Source of the DNA: an uncultured Pseudomonadales bacterium
GTDB taxonomy: Bacteria > Pseudomonadota > Gammaproteobacteria > Pseudomonadales > Azotimanducaceae
DNA: 45,898 bases
Direction: 5' to 3'
Assembly (NCBI GenBank): GCA_963992075.1
Contig: CAXDSX010000001.1
Location: 1 to 45,898 of the forward strand
Position numbers and translations under genes: made by a program. Below, one piece after another: positions 1 to 10,667 of this stretch (position 1 is the first letter of the stretch; the number at the start of each line of letters is the position of its first letter). The notes beneath the pieces were generated by a model. The model made no database searches, was not told the origin of the DNA, and was given only the letters and a program-made list of their open reading frames with translations.

Positions 1-13
1 GAATGATTTGTAG

Positions 14-1048
14 CGACGAGCTGGTACGCAAGAGGTAAGCGCTGCGTGCACCGAGTCAAAGCTGCTGGTGCTCGATAGTCTCGAGACTGAGACGGCGGAG
101 CATGCCGCGGTTCTGATGCCTGCATCAACCTACGCGGAAAGCACCGGGACCTACGTCAACTACGAAACCCGCGCGCAAAGGTTCTACCAGGTGTTTGAGC
201 CCGACAACGACATTAGACCGGCTTGGCGTTGGATAAGTGACGTAGCTGCTGCACTCGGCTCAACGGGTGTGGGTTGGGCCAACGTTAACGACCTTGTTGA
301 AGAGTGTGCAGCCGCCACCCACGGGGCGCTCGCTACTATATCTCCAGCGTCTGACTACCGCGTTGAGGGTGGCACTCGAATTCCACGTCAACCCCATCGA
401 TACAGCGGGCGCACGGCAATGCGCGCGCAAGTATCCGTGCACGAGCCGAAAGCAACGGTGGACGATGAAACGCCGTTCAATTATTCGATGGAGGGACAAA
501 ATCTCGGCAAACAAGACGGGGCTGCGGTGCCGTTCGTGTGGTCGCCCGGATGGAATTCCAATCAGTCAGTATTTAAGTTTCAACAAGAGGTAGGCGGCGC
601 GCTCCTCGGCGGTGACCCAGGCGCACTCCTCGTCGAGCCTAACTCGGATTCGGATGATGCGTTGCGGGCGGTGAAATTTCGAGAGATCCCGGATGCGTTC
701 GCCGCCAGCGATGGAATGTTGGTGGTCCCGGCGTACGCGATCTTTGGAAGCGACGAACTGTCGAATGCATCCTGGCCTATCGTTCAACGGATGCCGGCGC
801 CGTTTGCTCTGCTGAACGTTTCCGACGAGAACAAGCTCGGCGTTCAAGCCGGAGCAGGGGTTTCAGGGCACGGATTAGGTACCAGTCTCGAAGTTGTGAT
901 CGATGACCGAATACCGGCCGGATTGGTGGGTATTGTTCAGGGACTGCCTGGTACTCATACGATGCCTACCGGGCGTATTGAGTTATCGGTGGATTCAGAT
1001 TTTGTACCACGGCCTGGGGGCCCTCCCGACGTGATTGTTAGAGGCTAA
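14..1048 (+). CDS. nuoG: NADH-quinone oxidoreductase subunit G, C-terminal part (5' end lies outside the window)
   Basis: The frame is open from nt 14 to TAA 1046-1048. The translation (LVLDSLETETAEHAAVLMPASTYAESTGTYVNYETRAQRFYQVF ... PHRYSGRTAMRA ... VPFVWSPGWNS ... FGSDELS) matches the C-terminal third of E. coli-type NuoG as I recall it. It overlaps nuoH by one nt (TAATG). An in-frame TAG at 11-13 sits right at the contig edge. Confidence 0.85.
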   Translation, partial: RRAGTQEVSAACTESKLLVLDSLETETAEHAAVLMPASTYAESTGTYVNYETRAQRFYQVFEPDNDIRPAWRWISDVAAALGSTGVGWANVNDLVEECAAATHGALATISPASDYRVEGGTRIPRQPHRYSGRTAMRAQVSVHEPKATVDDETPFNYSMEGQNLGKQDGAAVPFVWSPGWNSNQSVFKFQQEVGGALLGGDPGALLVEPNSDSDDALRAVKFREIPDAFAASDGMLVVPAYAIFGSDELSNASWPIVQRMPAPFALLNVSDENKLGVQAGAGVSGHGLGTSLEVVIDDRIPAGLVGIVQGLPGTHTMPTGRIELSVDSDFVPRPGGPPDVIVRG

Positions 1049-2061
1049 TGGAGCTCCCGCCCAACATCTGGTCCTACCTGCTCATTCTGCCGGTTGCGGT
1101 CGGCACGCTGGTAACCGCGCTGATTCTGGTTTGGTGGGAGCGACGATTGTTGGGCTGGTGGCAAGATCGAAAAGGGCCGAATCGTGTTTGGCGTTGGGCC
1201 GGTGGTTTCGGTCAAGCCATCGCAGATGCAATCAAGCTCCTTGCCAAAGATGACTGGGTACCCCCCTTCGGGGACCGACTTTTTTTCGTTCTGGCCCCCG
1301 CGATTGTTGCCGGGTCCATGTTAATGGCGTACGTCGTTGTTCCTTGGGCACCGCGAGACTCGGGCCTCATCATCACCGATTCCAATATCGCGGTTCTTTG
1401 GTTCCTGGCGATGTCATCGCTCGCCGTCTACGGCGTGCTCCTGGCAGGGTTCGCGAGCAACAATAAGTACGCGCTCTTGGGCGGTCTCAGGGCGGCCGCG
1501 CAGATGGTTACCTATGAAGTGTTTATGGCCTTGTCGCTGATGGGCGTCGTGGTGCTGGCGGGATCATTTAGCCTACTGGACATCGTCGAAGATCAGACCG
1601 AGTTATGGAACGCCGGGCCGCAGTTTGTTGGCTTCGTGATTTTTTTGCTTGCGGGGTTGGCCGAGACTCACCGGCTGCCGTTCGATTTACCGGAAGCGGA
1701 ACATGAACTAACCGCCGGGTTCCACACCGAATATTCGGGTATGAAATTCGGCTTGATTATGGCCGCTGAGTACCTGGGGTTAATCATCACGTCTGCCATG
1801 ATCGTCCTGTTGTTTTTCGGTGGTTGGCTGTTACCGCCTGTGTTGCAGACGTTGGTACCTGATGGCCTGGCCTCGACGCTGGTCGGATTGGGTGTGTTTG
1901 CTGCCAAGATTATCGTGTTTATCAATTTCTTCATCCTGTTGCGTGCTGCGATACCAAGGCCGAGGTACGACCAACTCATGTCGTTCGGATGGAAAATTCT
2001 ATTGCCGTTGTCTCTCGTTAACGTACTCGGGACGGGTGCGTGGATGTTGTGGACGGGCTAG
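1048..2061 (+). CDS. nuoH: NADH-quinone oxidoreductase subunit H
   Basis: 337-aa polytopic membrane protein with NuoH/ND1 signatures ([41 protein letters not shown]). ATG overlaps the nuoG stop. Position in the operon fits. Confidence 0.95.
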   Translation: MELPPNIWSYLLILPVAVGTLVTALILVWWERRLLGWWQDRKGPNRVWRWAGGFGQAIADAIKLLAKDDWVPPFGDRLFFVLAPAIVAGSMLMAYVVVPWAPRDSGLIITDSNIAVLWFLAMSSLAVYGVLLAGFASNNKYALLGGLRAAAQMVTYEVFMALSLMGVVVLAGSFSLLDIVEDQTELWNAGPQFVGFVIFLLAGLAETHRLPFDLPEAEHELTAGFHTEYSGMKFGLIMAAEYLGLIITSAMIVLLFFGGWLLPPVLQTLVPDGLASTLVGLGVFAAKIIVFINFFILLRAAIPRPRYDQLMSFGWKILLPLSLVNVLGTGAWMLWTG

Positions 2062-2074
2062 GGGTGCAAGAATC

Positions 2075-2614
2075 ATGATTAGCCAACTGCGAACGATCTG
2101 GACCATATTGCAGCACACGCCCGGATTTCGGCGTCTTTTCGGCATGCGCAGCGAAACGGTTCAGTACCCCGAAGAGATGCCTTATCAAGCGCCGAGATAC
2201 CGTGGTCGAATCGTGCTTACACGTGATCCCGATGGCGAAGAACGATGCGTTGCCTGCAATTTATGCGCGGTCGCGTGTCCTGTTGATTGCATTGCTTTGC
2301 AGAAAACCGAAAAAGAAGAGGATGGACGTTGGTACCCAGAGTTTTTTCGTATTAACTTTTCGCGCTGCATCATGTGCGGCCTTTGCGAAGAAGCGTGTCC
2401 CACCTACGCGATCCAGTTAACGCCCGACTTTGAGCTATGTGAATTCGATCGCACCAACATGGTGTATGAGAAGGAACATCTCCTCATCAGTGGTCCGGGC
2501 AAATACCCTGAATACAGTTTCTGGAACGTGGCCGGTAAAACCATTGATGGAAAACAAAAAGGTGATGCACAGAACGAAGCGTCACCAACGAATGTTCGGA
2601 GCCTGTTGCCGTAG
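2075..2614 (+). CDS. nuoI: NADH-quinone oxidoreductase subunit I (2x[4Fe-4S] ferredoxin-type)
   Basis: Two CxxCxxCxxxCP motifs ([24 protein letters not shown]). Start taken at ATG 2075 (MISQLRTIW), 13 nt after the nuoH stop. The longer track ORF from 1820 overlaps nuoH and is rejected. Confidence 0.93.
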   Translation: MISQLRTIWTILQHTPGFRRLFGMRSETVQYPEEMPYQAPRYRGRIVLTRDPDGEERCVACNLCAVACPVDCIALQKTEKEEDGRWYPEFFRINFSRCIMCGLCEEACPTYAIQLTPDFELCEFDRTNMVYEKEHLLISGPGKYPEYSFWNVAGKTIDGKQKGDAQNEASPTNVRSLLP

Positions 2615-2636
2615 TTAACGCTAACGAATAAACAAG

Positions 2637-3146
2637 ATGGAAAGTCTTTTTTACATTGCTGCCGTGACCGCTTTGGCGTCGACCGTCTTGGTCGTGACCG
2701 GCAAGAACGCTTCTCACGCGCTCATTTACTTGATTGTTTCGCTGCTATCAGTGGCTGTCATTTTCTTTTTGCTAGGGGCTCCGTTTGCGGCAGCGCTGGA
2801 GGTGGTCGTATACGCGGGAGCGATCGTTGTGCTGTTTTTGTTTGTGGTGATGATGCTCAACCTTGGGAAAGGATCGGTAGCGCGCGAGAGTGCATGGTTG
2901 CGGCCAAGCATGTGGGTTTTGCCGAGCCTGCTTACAGTCCCTCTGTTTTTAGGGTTGGTTTACGTGCTGAGTGGTGAACCTGTGCAGACTGGGGGCGTCA
3001 TGGTGGGGCCGAAGGCGGTGGGTACTCAACTTTTTGGACCCTATCTTTTAGCCGTGGAGCTCGCGGGAATTCTCCTGCTTGCCGCCCTCGTCGGTGCATA
3101 CCACTTGGGACGGCGTTATCTATCTGAGCGGCGGGAGGAAGTGTGA
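2637..3146 (+). CDS. nuoJ: NADH-quinone oxidoreductase subunit J
   Basis: 169-aa hydrophobic protein in the nuoJ position. ND6-like features ([18 protein letters not shown]). Confidence 0.9.
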   Translation: MESLFYIAAVTALASTVLVVTGKNASHALIYLIVSLLSVAVIFFLLGAPFAAALEVVVYAGAIVVLFLFVVMMLNLGKGSVARESAWLRPSMWVLPSLLTVPLFLGLVYVLSGEPVQTGGVMVGPKAVGTQLFGPYLLAVELAGILLLAALVGAYHLGRRYLSERREEV

Positions 3147-3460
3147 ATTTCGCCTTGTCGATACCGCTTGAACATGTATTTGTGCTGGCCGTGGCCCTGT
3201 TCTGTGTGGGCCTCACGGGCGTTTTGGTTCGACGAAACGTGATGTTCGTGTTGATGTCGCTTGAAGTCATGATGAATGCGTGCGGTCTTGCTTTCGTTGC
3301 AGCGGGTGCTCGCTGGGCCCAAGCCGATGGGCAAATCATGTTCATGTTCATTTTGGCGTTGGCGGCAGCCGAGGTTGCAGTAGCCTTGGGGATCGTCCTG
3401 CAGTTATCACGTCGTTTTGACAGCCTCGATGTCGATGCGGCCGACGAGATGCATAGCTGA
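3143..3460 (+). CDS. nuoK: NADH-quinone oxidoreductase subunit K
   Basis: 105-aa three-TM protein ([21 protein letters not shown]) typical of NuoK/ND4L. GTG start overlaps the nuoJ stop (GTGA). Confidence 0.9.
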   Translation: MNFALSIPLEHVFVLAVALFCVGLTGVLVRRNVMFVLMSLEVMMNACGLAFVAAGARWAQADGQIMFMFILALAAAEVAVALGIVLQLSRRFDSLDVDAADEMHS

Positions 3461-5322
3461 TGGACGCGCTTTGGCTAATACCGACGTTCCCGTTACTGGG
3501 TTTCTTGGTCCTATTTTTGTCCCAAGGTAAATTGCCGAAGATCGTGGTCGCCCTGGTTGGGGCGGGTTCCATTGGACTTGCGGCGATTGGTACGTTGGTG
3601 GTGGGAAACGCCTTCCTGGAAGCTGGGGCTGAACCCCAATCGCAGCTGTTGTGGACGTGGATGCGGGTGGGCGATTTTGTTCCCGAAATACGTTTGTATC
3701 TCGATGGTCTAGCGCTTGTTATGACCGGCGTCATCACCGGAGTTGGTTTTTTGATCCACGTCTATGCCACTGGTTACATGTGGGATGACCAGGAGGAACC
3801 GGAGGGATTCAGCCGATTTTTCGCGTACATGAATTTATTTGTGTTCGCGATGTTGATGCTCGTTCTAGGCGACAACCTGTTGGTACTTTTCCTTGGGTGG
3901 GAAGGCGTTGGTTTGTGTAGCTATTTGCTGATCGGTTTTTACCATCGAAATCCAGACAACGGCTATGCAGCACGAAAAGCGTTTGTCGTGACCCGCGTCG
4001 GGGACACCTTCATGGCGCTCGGATTGTTTCTGTTGTTCCGGGAGCTTGGCACGATGGAAATCCAGGCCTCGCTGGCGGCCGCGAATACCGCTTGGCCCGA
4101 AGGTTCGACGATGGCGACGATCATAGGGTTACTGTTCTTGGGTGGCGCGATGGGGAAATCGGCTCAGGTGCCTTTGCAAACCTGGCTTCCCGACGCGATG
4201 GCGGGACCGACCCCTGTGTCCGCACTTATTCATGCGGCCACGATGGTCACGGCGGGTGTCTACCTCATTGCCCGGATGCACGACATTTACGTTATTTCGC
4301 CCGAAGCGCAATTTTGGGTCGCTGTCACAGGATTGGTCACCTTGTTTATTTCTTCATTTACCGCGCTCGTGCAGACCGACATCAAACGGGTGCTCGCGTT
4401 TTCGACCATGAGTCAGATCGGATACATGATCATGGCGCTTGGCGTCGGCGCTTGGTCGGCGGCCGTTTTTCATCTGATGACCCACGCATTCTTCAAAGCT
4501 CTACTGTTCCTCGCCAGCGGTTCGGTGATCCTTGCGCTGCATCATGAGCAGAACATGTTCAAGATGGGAGGGCTTTGGAGGAAACTGCCTATTCCGTTTG
4601 TCAGTATGTTGGTCGGTTCTGTCGCGCTCGCTGCATTGCCGCTAACGTCGGGTTTCTTCAGCAAGGACGCCATCATGTTGACGGCGGCCGACAATCCTTC
4701 GGCGGGGATGGTCTTTTGGGGCGGTGCCGCCATTGCTGCATTCATGACCGCGCTTTACACGACACGGATGATTCTGCTGACTTTTTTCGGCGAGGAAAAA
4801 ACCAGCGCTCACGATTCATCAAGGTGGAACATGAATGGGCCGCTCATCATTTTGTGTGGTCTCGCGCTCGGCGGCGGTTGGTTTGGGTTAGGCGTTGTGT
4901 CGGGGGTGTTACCCGATGGCGGCATGACGTCGCATGATCACTTCTCTCCGATTGCACTGGTGACGATGGCAATACCGTTGCTGGGGATCGTCGCCGGATG
5001 GTTTGTGTTTGGTACCTCGCGGGGCGATTCGATACAACTCCTCGGGACTGAGTTCGCCGAGAATGTACGCCGGTTTTGGTACAGCGGATGGGGGTTTGAC
5101 TGGCTTTATGATCGGGTTGTGGTCGTTCCGTTCGTCGCCCTTGCAAGGATGAACAAGAACGACTTTGTCGACCTGGTGTTCAAGGTGGTTGCCAGCATCA
5201 CCCGCGGTGTCCATCACGTCCTGGCCGTCATCCAAAATGGTCGCCTCCGTTGGTATGCATGGAACATGGCTCTGGGTTTGGTATTGGTCTTCGCGGTCGT
5301 GATGTGGGAGGTGCTTGGTTGA
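3460..5322 (+). CDS. nuoL: NADH-quinone oxidoreductase subunit L
   Basis: 620-aa antiporter-like subunit (LGWEGVGLCSYLLIGF, GKSAQVPLQTWLPDAMAGPTPVSALIHAATMVTAGVYL). TGATG overlap with nuoK. Confidence 0.95.
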   Translation: MDALWLIPTFPLLGFLVLFLSQGKLPKIVVALVGAGSIGLAAIGTLVVGNAFLEAGAEPQSQLLWTWMRVGDFVPEIRLYLDGLALVMTGVITGVGFLIHVYATGYMWDDQEEPEGFSRFFAYMNLFVFAMLMLVLGDNLLVLFLGWEGVGLCSYLLIGFYHRNPDNGYAARKAFVVTRVGDTFMALGLFLLFRELGTMEIQASLAAANTAWPEGSTMATIIGLLFLGGAMGKSAQVPLQTWLPDAMAGPTPVSALIHAATMVTAGVYLIARMHDIYVISPEAQFWVAVTGLVTLFISSFTALVQTDIKRVLAFSTMSQIGYMIMALGVGAWSAAVFHLMTHAFFKALLFLASGSVILALHHEQNMFKMGGLWRKLPIPFVSMLVGSVALAALPLTSGFFSKDAIMLTAADNPSAGMVFWGGAAIAAFMTALYTTRMILLTFFGEEKTSAHDSSRWNMNGPLIILCGLALGGGWFGLGVVSGVLPDGGMTSHDHFSPIALVTMAIPLLGIVAGWFVFGTSRGDSIQLLGTEFAENVRRFWYSGWGFDWLYDRVVVVPFVALARMNKNDFVDLVFKVVASITRGVHHVLAVIQNGRLRWYAWNMALGLVLVFAVVMWEVLG

Positions 5323-6782
5323 ACATCCTTGTCCTCATTGTGGGACTGCTTTCCGCCGGGGTTGTTGCCGCGTTCTCTGAGCGGGTCCACAAAAATGCGC
5401 CTCGTTGGATTTCCTTGATCGCGTTTGTGGTTGCGCTTATCTACACAACCAGCGCGTGGTTGGATGCAGGATCGGGGGCCGAGGAATACGCGAGGCAGGT
5501 GTTTCCGTGGATTCCACGGTTTGGCATCCAGGTCTATCTCGTTCTTGACGGACTGTCGCTCATGCTGGTCGCGCTAACGGCGTTTCTCGGCATCGTCGCG
5601 GTTGTGTCGTCTTGGTCGGAAATTAGTGAGCGACACGGATTTTTCCAGTTCAACATCCTTTGGGTGATGGCGGGCGTGGTGGGTGTGTTCTCGGCATTCG
5701 ATCTGTTCCTATTTTTCTTTTTTTGGGAAGTGATGCTCATTCCCATGTACTTCCTGATCGCGATATGGGGGCACGAGAACCGAGGGTATGCGGCAACCAA
5801 GTTTTTTCTGTTCACCCAGATCAGTGGCTTGTTGATGTTGTTCGCGATTTTGTCGTTGGTGTACTTCAATTTCGACGCGACCGGAGTCGTGACGTTCGAC
5901 TATTTTGAACTTCGGAGCGTGCCGTTGGATCCAGGCGTCGCTTGGTGGCTGATGTTAGGTTTTTTCGTTGCTTTTATTACGAAGCTTCCGAGCGTTCCCG
6001 TCCATACTTGGTTACCTGACGCGCACACGCAAGCGCCGACCGCGGGCTCCGTGATTCTTGCTGGTATTCTGCTGAAAACGGGTGGTTATGGCGTGATTCG
6101 GTTCGCGGTCGGCCTCTTTCCCGAAGCGTCACAAGATTTCGCCTCGGTGGGCATGCTGCTGGGTGCCCTGAGCATCCTTTACGGGGGCTACATGGCGTAC
6201 AGCCAAAGCGATTTTAAGCGCTTGGTTGCATACAGCTCGGTCGCACACATGGGATTCATTTTGTTGGGCGTGTACGCGTTCAACGAAATTGCCATGCAGG
6301 GCGCCGTGATCACCATGGTTGCTCATGGGTTCTCGACCGCGGCGTTGTTTATGTTGGCAGGAGCGCTACAGCAACGCCTACACACGCGCGAAATGTCGAA
6401 AATGGGGGGGCTGTGGGTGCGTGCACCGCGGATGGGCGCGATGACGCTGTTTTTTGTGGTCGCTTCTGTCGGAATGCCGGGGCTCGGAAATTTTGTTGGC
6501 GAATTCCTTGCCTTGCTTGGCGCTTTTCAAACGCACGTACCGCTGACCGTCGCAGCAGCTATCGGCATTGTTGTGGCCGCAGTGTACGGCTTGTCGCTCA
6601 TGCAACGGGCGTTTCAAGGCGCTCCGAATCCTGACGTTGGCGAGATTGAGGACTTCGGCGTTCGAGAAATGACGGTCATGATCTTGATGATGGTGGGGTT
6701 GGTATGGCTCGGTGTGTACCCCCAACCCGTGCTCAACTTGTCAGCACCATTCATCACTTCGCTCGGGGTGGCAGGGCTGTGA
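5319..6782 (+). CDS. nuoM: NADH-quinone oxidoreductase subunit M
   Basis: Antiporter-like subunit (FFFFWEVMLIPMYFLI, KLPSVPVHTWLPDAHTQAPTAGSVILAGILLK). Start placed at TTG 5319, preceded by GGGAGG and overlapping the nuoL stop. GTG 5304 is an alternative. The track ORF start at 5250 lies inside nuoL. Confidence 0.88.
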   Translation: MNILVLIVGLLSAGVVAAFSERVHKNAPRWISLIAFVVALIYTTSAWLDAGSGAEEYARQVFPWIPRFGIQVYLVLDGLSLMLVALTAFLGIVAVVSSWSEISERHGFFQFNILWVMAGVVGVFSAFDLFLFFFFWEVMLIPMYFLIAIWGHENRGYAATKFFLFTQISGLLMLFAILSLVYFNFDATGVVTFDYFELRSVPLDPGVAWWLMLGFFVAFITKLPSVPVHTWLPDAHTQAPTAGSVILAGILLKTGGYGVIRFAVGLFPEASQDFASVGMLLGALSILYGGYMAYSQSDFKRLVAYSSVAHMGFILLGVYAFNEIAMQGAVITMVAHGFSTAALFMLAGALQQRLHTREMSKMGGLWVRAPRMGAMTLFFVVASVGMPGLGNFVGEFLALLGAFQTHVPLTVAAAIGIVVAAVYGLSLMQRAFQGAPNPDVGEIEDFGVREMTVMILMMVGLVWLGVYPQPVLNLSAPFITSLGVAGL

Positions 6783-8233
6783 GTCTTGCATGGGCTAATG
6801 CGGTGATGCCCCACCTCGTGCTGACGGCGGGTCTTATGTTGTTGTTGCTCGTGGTTGCGTTCCGGCGCAGTCATGCGCTGGCGATGGCATCGACGGTCCT
6901 GATTTTAGTTGTTGCTGGCGTCCTAATCCCTCAGTCGCACGCTGCTGGGAGCAGCGACGTGTTTGGAATGATGCGCGTGGACGGCTATGCCCAGTTCTTC
7001 ACTGGACTATTTTTATTCGCTGCCATCGTTACCGTATTGATCTCGTTTCGATATCTCGATCGCCGAGCGTCGAATTGTGAAGAGTTTTACATGCTCATCT
7101 TGACCGCCACCCTGGGGGCGATGGTCATGGCAGCATCTTCGCACTTTGCGACGTTGATTTTGGGACTCGAGATTCTATCGATTTCGTTGTACGCGATGAT
7201 CTGCTATCCGCAAGAAGGCAAACTTCCTCTCGAGGCTGCCGCGAAATACCTGGTCCTATCGGGCGTTGCCTCGACCACGATGTTATTCGGTATTGCCCTC
7301 ATCTACGCGGCCTCCGGTTCGCTGAGTTTCAGCGCATTGGGACAACCAATCGATAACCAAGGCGAAAACTACTATTGGTTAGGCCAGGGAATGCTGGTTG
7401 TTGGACTGGCGTTTAAGCTATCCCTCGTGCCTTTCCATATGTGGACGCCCGATGTCTATCAAGGCGCGCCGGCTCCGGTCACGGGATTTCTCGCAACCGT
7501 GTCCAAGGGCGCTGTTTTTGTCGTGCTGCTGCGATACATCGTGATGTCGGATGCGCTGTCGAACTCATCCGTTGTCGTGGGAATTTCGGTTATCGCCATG
7601 GTTTCGATGGTCGTGGGTAATCTCCTGGCGCTGTTGGAGAAAAACATTAAACGGATATTGGCTTTCTCGTCGATTGCCCATGTCGGTTATTTACTGATTG
7701 CGCTGCTGGTCGTCGGTGCGTTGGATGATCCGGGGATCGCTCGTGAGACAACGATGGTTTATCTGGCCGGTTATTTTCTGATGACCTTGGCGGCCTTCGG
7801 CGTGATTAGTGCGCTTTCGATTTCGTCGAGCAGCCAGGACAACGAGCAGCTAGCGGACTACGAAGGTTTATTTTGGCGCCATCCAGTGCTCGCAGCAGTG
7901 TTGACGACGGCGGCTCTCTCGTTGGCGGGTATTCCCTTAACGATGGGCTTTATTGCCAAGTTTTACCTTTTTGCCGCGGGTGTTCAGGGCGCGTTGTGGA
8001 TTCTGCTCTGGGCACTCGTGATTGGTAGTGCGATTGGCATTTACTACTACCTTCGAATTGTCTTTACGATGACCCGGAGCGAATCCAGCGACGCGCCGGC
8101 GACAGCTAGCGATGTGCCCATGGAGACGGTGGTGACGGCGGGGGTGTTAGGGGTGGCCGTGATTCTCTTCGGTGTGTATCCGACCCCACTGATTGAGTTA
8201 GTGCGCAGCCTCATTGGCACATTCGGGGCGTGA
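6779..8233 (+). CDS. nuoN: NADH-quinone oxidoreductase subunit N
   Basis: Antiporter-like subunit (FKLSLVPFHMWTPDVYQGAPAPVTGFLATVSKGA). Start placed at GTG 6779, overlapping the nuoM stop (GTGA). ATG 6806 is an alternative. Confidence 0.88.
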   Translation: MSLAWANAVMPHLVLTAGLMLLLLVVAFRRSHALAMASTVLILVVAGVLIPQSHAAGSSDVFGMMRVDGYAQFFTGLFLFAAIVTVLISFRYLDRRASNCEEFYMLILTATLGAMVMAASSHFATLILGLEILSISLYAMICYPQEGKLPLEAAAKYLVLSGVASTTMLFGIALIYAASGSLSFSALGQPIDNQGENYYWLGQGMLVVGLAFKLSLVPFHMWTPDVYQGAPAPVTGFLATVSKGAVFVVLLRYIVMSDALSNSSVVVGISVIAMVSMVVGNLLALLEKNIKRILAFSSIAHVGYLLIALLVVGALDDPGIARETTMVYLAGYFLMTLAAFGVISALSISSSSQDNEQLADYEGLFWRHPVLAAVLTTAALSLAGIPLTMGFIAKFYLFAAGVQGALWILLWALVIGSAIGIYYYLRIVFTMTRSESSDAPATASDVPMETVVTAGVLGVAVILFGVYPTPLIELVRSLIGTFGA

Positions 8234-8282
8234 TTACGGCGAGACTGGCGGTGAGCTGAACGGGTTTGAAGGGGACAATGAC

Positions 8283-9281
8283 ATGACGATTCGAGTACTT
8301 TTTCCGCGGACGGGTCGAGACAATCAAATCGAAAGTGAAGCACTGGGAGAAGGCGTGACGGGCGAGTTTTGTCGTGGCTTCGACACCGTGACGGAGGAGC
8401 AATGGCGTAACTGCGACGGCGTTGTTGGCGGAAGCGTGCCGCCTGAGGTGATGGATATGCTCGACAACTGCCGCATTTTCGTCAAACCGGCTGTGGGGTT
8501 TGACGACGTTGATCTTGCTGCATTCGGTAGTCGCGGTATTGCGGTCAGCAACACGCCTGACTATGGAACCCGTGAGGTTGCTGATCACGCTATCGCGCTG
8601 ATGCTGACGTTAACTAAAAGCATCGCCTTTCATGACGAGTCGCTGCGTGCGGATCCTTTGGGCAACTGGCGCCCGGCGTTGAACCCGTTTGGTAAACGCA
8701 TGGCCGATTGCACGATGGGCATTGTTGGCCTAGGACGCATTGGGACTGCGGCCGCGATGCGTGCCAAGGCGTTCGATATGGACGTCACGTTTCACGATCC
8801 GTACAAACCGAACGGTTCGGAGCTCGCGCTCGGTATTCGTCGGTCTGATTCGTTAACGGAAATGTTAGCTGAGTCAGACATCGTGAGTGTGCATGCGCCG
8901 TTGAACGAAGAGACCACTCATCTCATTGATGCAGAGGCCCTCGCGCACGCAAAAAAAGGAATCATTATTGTGAATACGGCGCGAGGTCCAATCGTCGATA
9001 TCGATGCTCTGCATGATGCGATGAAAGATGATGTGGTCCTCGCCGCCGGGCTTGATGTTCTGCCCGAAGAACCGGCAAAGCTTGACCGTCCATTGATCGC
9101 CGCATGGCAAGCGGATGAAGACTGGATTCGTCACCGACTTGTTGTCACGCCGCATTCGGCGTTTTTTACCCCGGAGAGCATTCGCGATATCCGGGCTTTT
9201 TCAGCGCGAACGGCGGCGCGATATTTACGAGACGGTAGACTCGAAAACTGCGTTAACGAAGGCGTTCTCACTGCTCGTTAA
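8283..9281 (+). CDS. D-isomer-specific 2-hydroxyacid dehydrogenase family protein (CtBP-like)
   Basis: NAD-binding GIVGLGRIGTAAA, the NTARG / LDVLPEEP / TPHSAF catalytic Arg-Glu-His context. ATG 8283 (MTIRVLF) follows the nuoN stop by 49 nt. Confidence 0.85.
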   Translation: MTIRVLFPRTGRDNQIESEALGEGVTGEFCRGFDTVTEEQWRNCDGVVGGSVPPEVMDMLDNCRIFVKPAVGFDDVDLAAFGSRGIAVSNTPDYGTREVADHAIALMLTLTKSIAFHDESLRADPLGNWRPALNPFGKRMADCTMGIVGLGRIGTAAAMRAKAFDMDVTFHDPYKPNGSELALGIRRSDSLTEMLAESDIVSVHAPLNEETTHLIDAEALAHAKKGIIIVNTARGPIVDIDALHDAMKDDVVLAAGLDVLPEEPAKLDRPLIAAWQADEDWIRHRLVVTPHSAFFTPESIRDIRAFSARTAARYLRDGRLENCVNEGVLTAR

Positions 9282-9333
9282 CGGTCTTGGCAAAACACTC
9301 GGGCGGATTTCGTCTTGGGGCAACTTGCCGCGT

Positions 9334-9828
9334 TTAGGCGGGGGGTGGTAACAAGCTCGCCAATATCACGAGAAGGGCGACGATCATTAACGGCGCGGTG
9401 TAGCTGGTACCGCCAATTTTCAACAGGTGGGATTTTTGTTGCGTCACATCGCCTGGGAGCGCTCCTTGAACCAACTGGATTCGACGTTTAACCCAGTCGT
9501 AATAGAGCGCGTTGGCTCGTAGCGGGACGTAGACTAGTTTAAACGCGGCTAGCAGGAGCAATTGGACGGCGACACCGATGTCGGGGTAACCCATCCGCAC
9601 GATCTGCGCGGTAATCACAACGACTAACAACGACACGAGGATGACGATGCCAGCCCAGCGGTATTGTTTGCGGTACAAGAACCAAAAAACGTCAAGGAAT
9701 ACGACGGGCCAGTGCCAGGCAAGCGGCGTGTATCCTCTTTCATCAGCGCGTTTGAAGTACGCGAGATAGTACTTGGTGTTGGTCGGGCCGATAACGTCGG
9801 CATACAGATCGTCACTCGGCGCGTTCAT
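9334..9828 (-). CDS. DUF2628-like small membrane protein
   Basis: The pattern YYLAYFKRADERGYTPLAWHWPVVFLDVFWFLYRKQYRWAG followed by TM helices resembles DUF2628. Start taken at ATG 9828, which forms an ATGA overlap with the upstream SDR stop. The track start 9864 would overlap that SDR by 40 nt. Confidence 0.6.
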   Translation of the reverse strand: MNAPSDDLYADVIGPTNTKYYLAYFKRADERGYTPLAWHWPVVFLDVFWFLYRKQYRWAGIVILVSLLVVVITAQIVRMGYPDIGVAVQLLLLAAFKLVYVPLRANALYYDWVKRRIQLVQGALPGDVTQQKSHLLKIGGTSYTAPLMIVALLVILASLLPPPA

Positions 9829-10667
9829 ATGGACCTTGTCGCTAGTTTTTCGGAAAAGTGCCACAGTCGGTCTTGTATTTCTTCACTCAAGGCGGTCGCG
9901 TTGAGGGCTGCACGCCGAAGATTTTGGTCGTAATAGCCACCGCTAGTCTCCGCAAATTCATCGGATAGTGCCAATTGGATCGTATTTTCAGCGCCTTGTT
10001 CTGGTGAACGCATGACGCGTAGTGCGCTCCCGAGTTTCATACCCCAACGAAACAGCTGATTGTCGCCGCCCAGGTTGGTTGCCACGACCCCGGGGTGCAG
10101 GCAATTGGCCGCGATGCCGGTCCCGCGCGTCCGACGATGCAACGCGAGGGTAAAAAGGATGTTGGCGAGTTTGGATGTTGCGTAAGCTCGGAGTCCGGCG
10201 GGGCCGTTGGGGTTGAGCGCTATCTCGAAATCCGATGAGCCACTTCGATAAGCCGCGGAGGCAACGTTGACCACTCGGCTGGCACCAGCACTTTCGAGGG
10301 TGGAGCGTAGCCCCGTCGTCAGCAAAAACGGCCCTAAGTGATTGGTGGCGAACGTTAATTCGATCCCATCGGTGGACATCGTCCGTTGACGCGTCACGAT
10401 GCCCGCGTTGTTAATGAGCAGGCAGATCTTGCTCGAGAGTCCACGAACTTCGGCCACGGCGTTGGTTACCGAATCGATCGATGAAAGGTCGCAGCGCACG
10501 ATCTCAATCGCGTGGTTGCCGGTTGATTCAGTGATCGAAGTCGCTAAGGTTTTGGCTCGTCGTAGGTCCCGGACCAACATAATCAACCGGTAGCCCGCTG
10601 CAGCGACACGGTTGGCCGTTATCGTGCCTATGCCGTGCGTAGTGCCGGTAACGACGGCCGTACGCAC
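9825..10667 (-). CDS. SDR family oxidoreductase (retinol dehydrogenase-like)
   Basis: VVTGTTHGIG cofactor motif, NNAG, YATSK (YxxxK) catalytic motif. GTG start overlaps the upstream SDR stop by 1 nt (TAGTG). Confidence 0.85.
   Translation of the reverse strand: MRTAVVTGTTHGIGTITANRVAAAGYRLIMLVRDLRRAKTLATSITESTGNHAIEIVRCDLSSIDSVTNAVAEVRGLSSKICLLINNAGIVTRQRTMSTDGIELTFATNHLGPFLLTTGLRSTLESAGASRVVNVASAAYRSGSSDFEIALNPNGPAGLRAYATSKLANILFTLALHRRTRGTGIAANCLHPGVVATNLGGDNQLFRWGMKLGSALRVMRSPEQGAENTIQLALSDEFAETSGGYYDQNLRRAALNATALSEEIQDRLWHFSEKLATRSI

Noticed and set aside
11-13. An in-frame TAG in the nuoG reading frame 11 nt from the window start, which could mean a split or pseudogenised nuoG.
   Set aside because: It lies within the first 13 nt of a contig whose other end demonstrably contains untrimmed adapter, so edge sequence is unreliable. 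Everything from nt 14 onward reads as intact NuoG, and the rest of the operon is intact. There is not enough evidence for a pseudogene call.
5250-5318. Longer N-termini for nuoM (from 5250), nuoN (from 6704) and nuoI (from 1820) as listed in the ORF track.
   Set aside because: These extensions lie entirely inside the preceding nuo gene in another frame and have non-membrane, Arg/Cys/Gly-rich composition. Alternative starts (TTG 5319, GTG 6779, ATG 2075) give canonical N-termini and the stop/start coupling typical of nuo operons.
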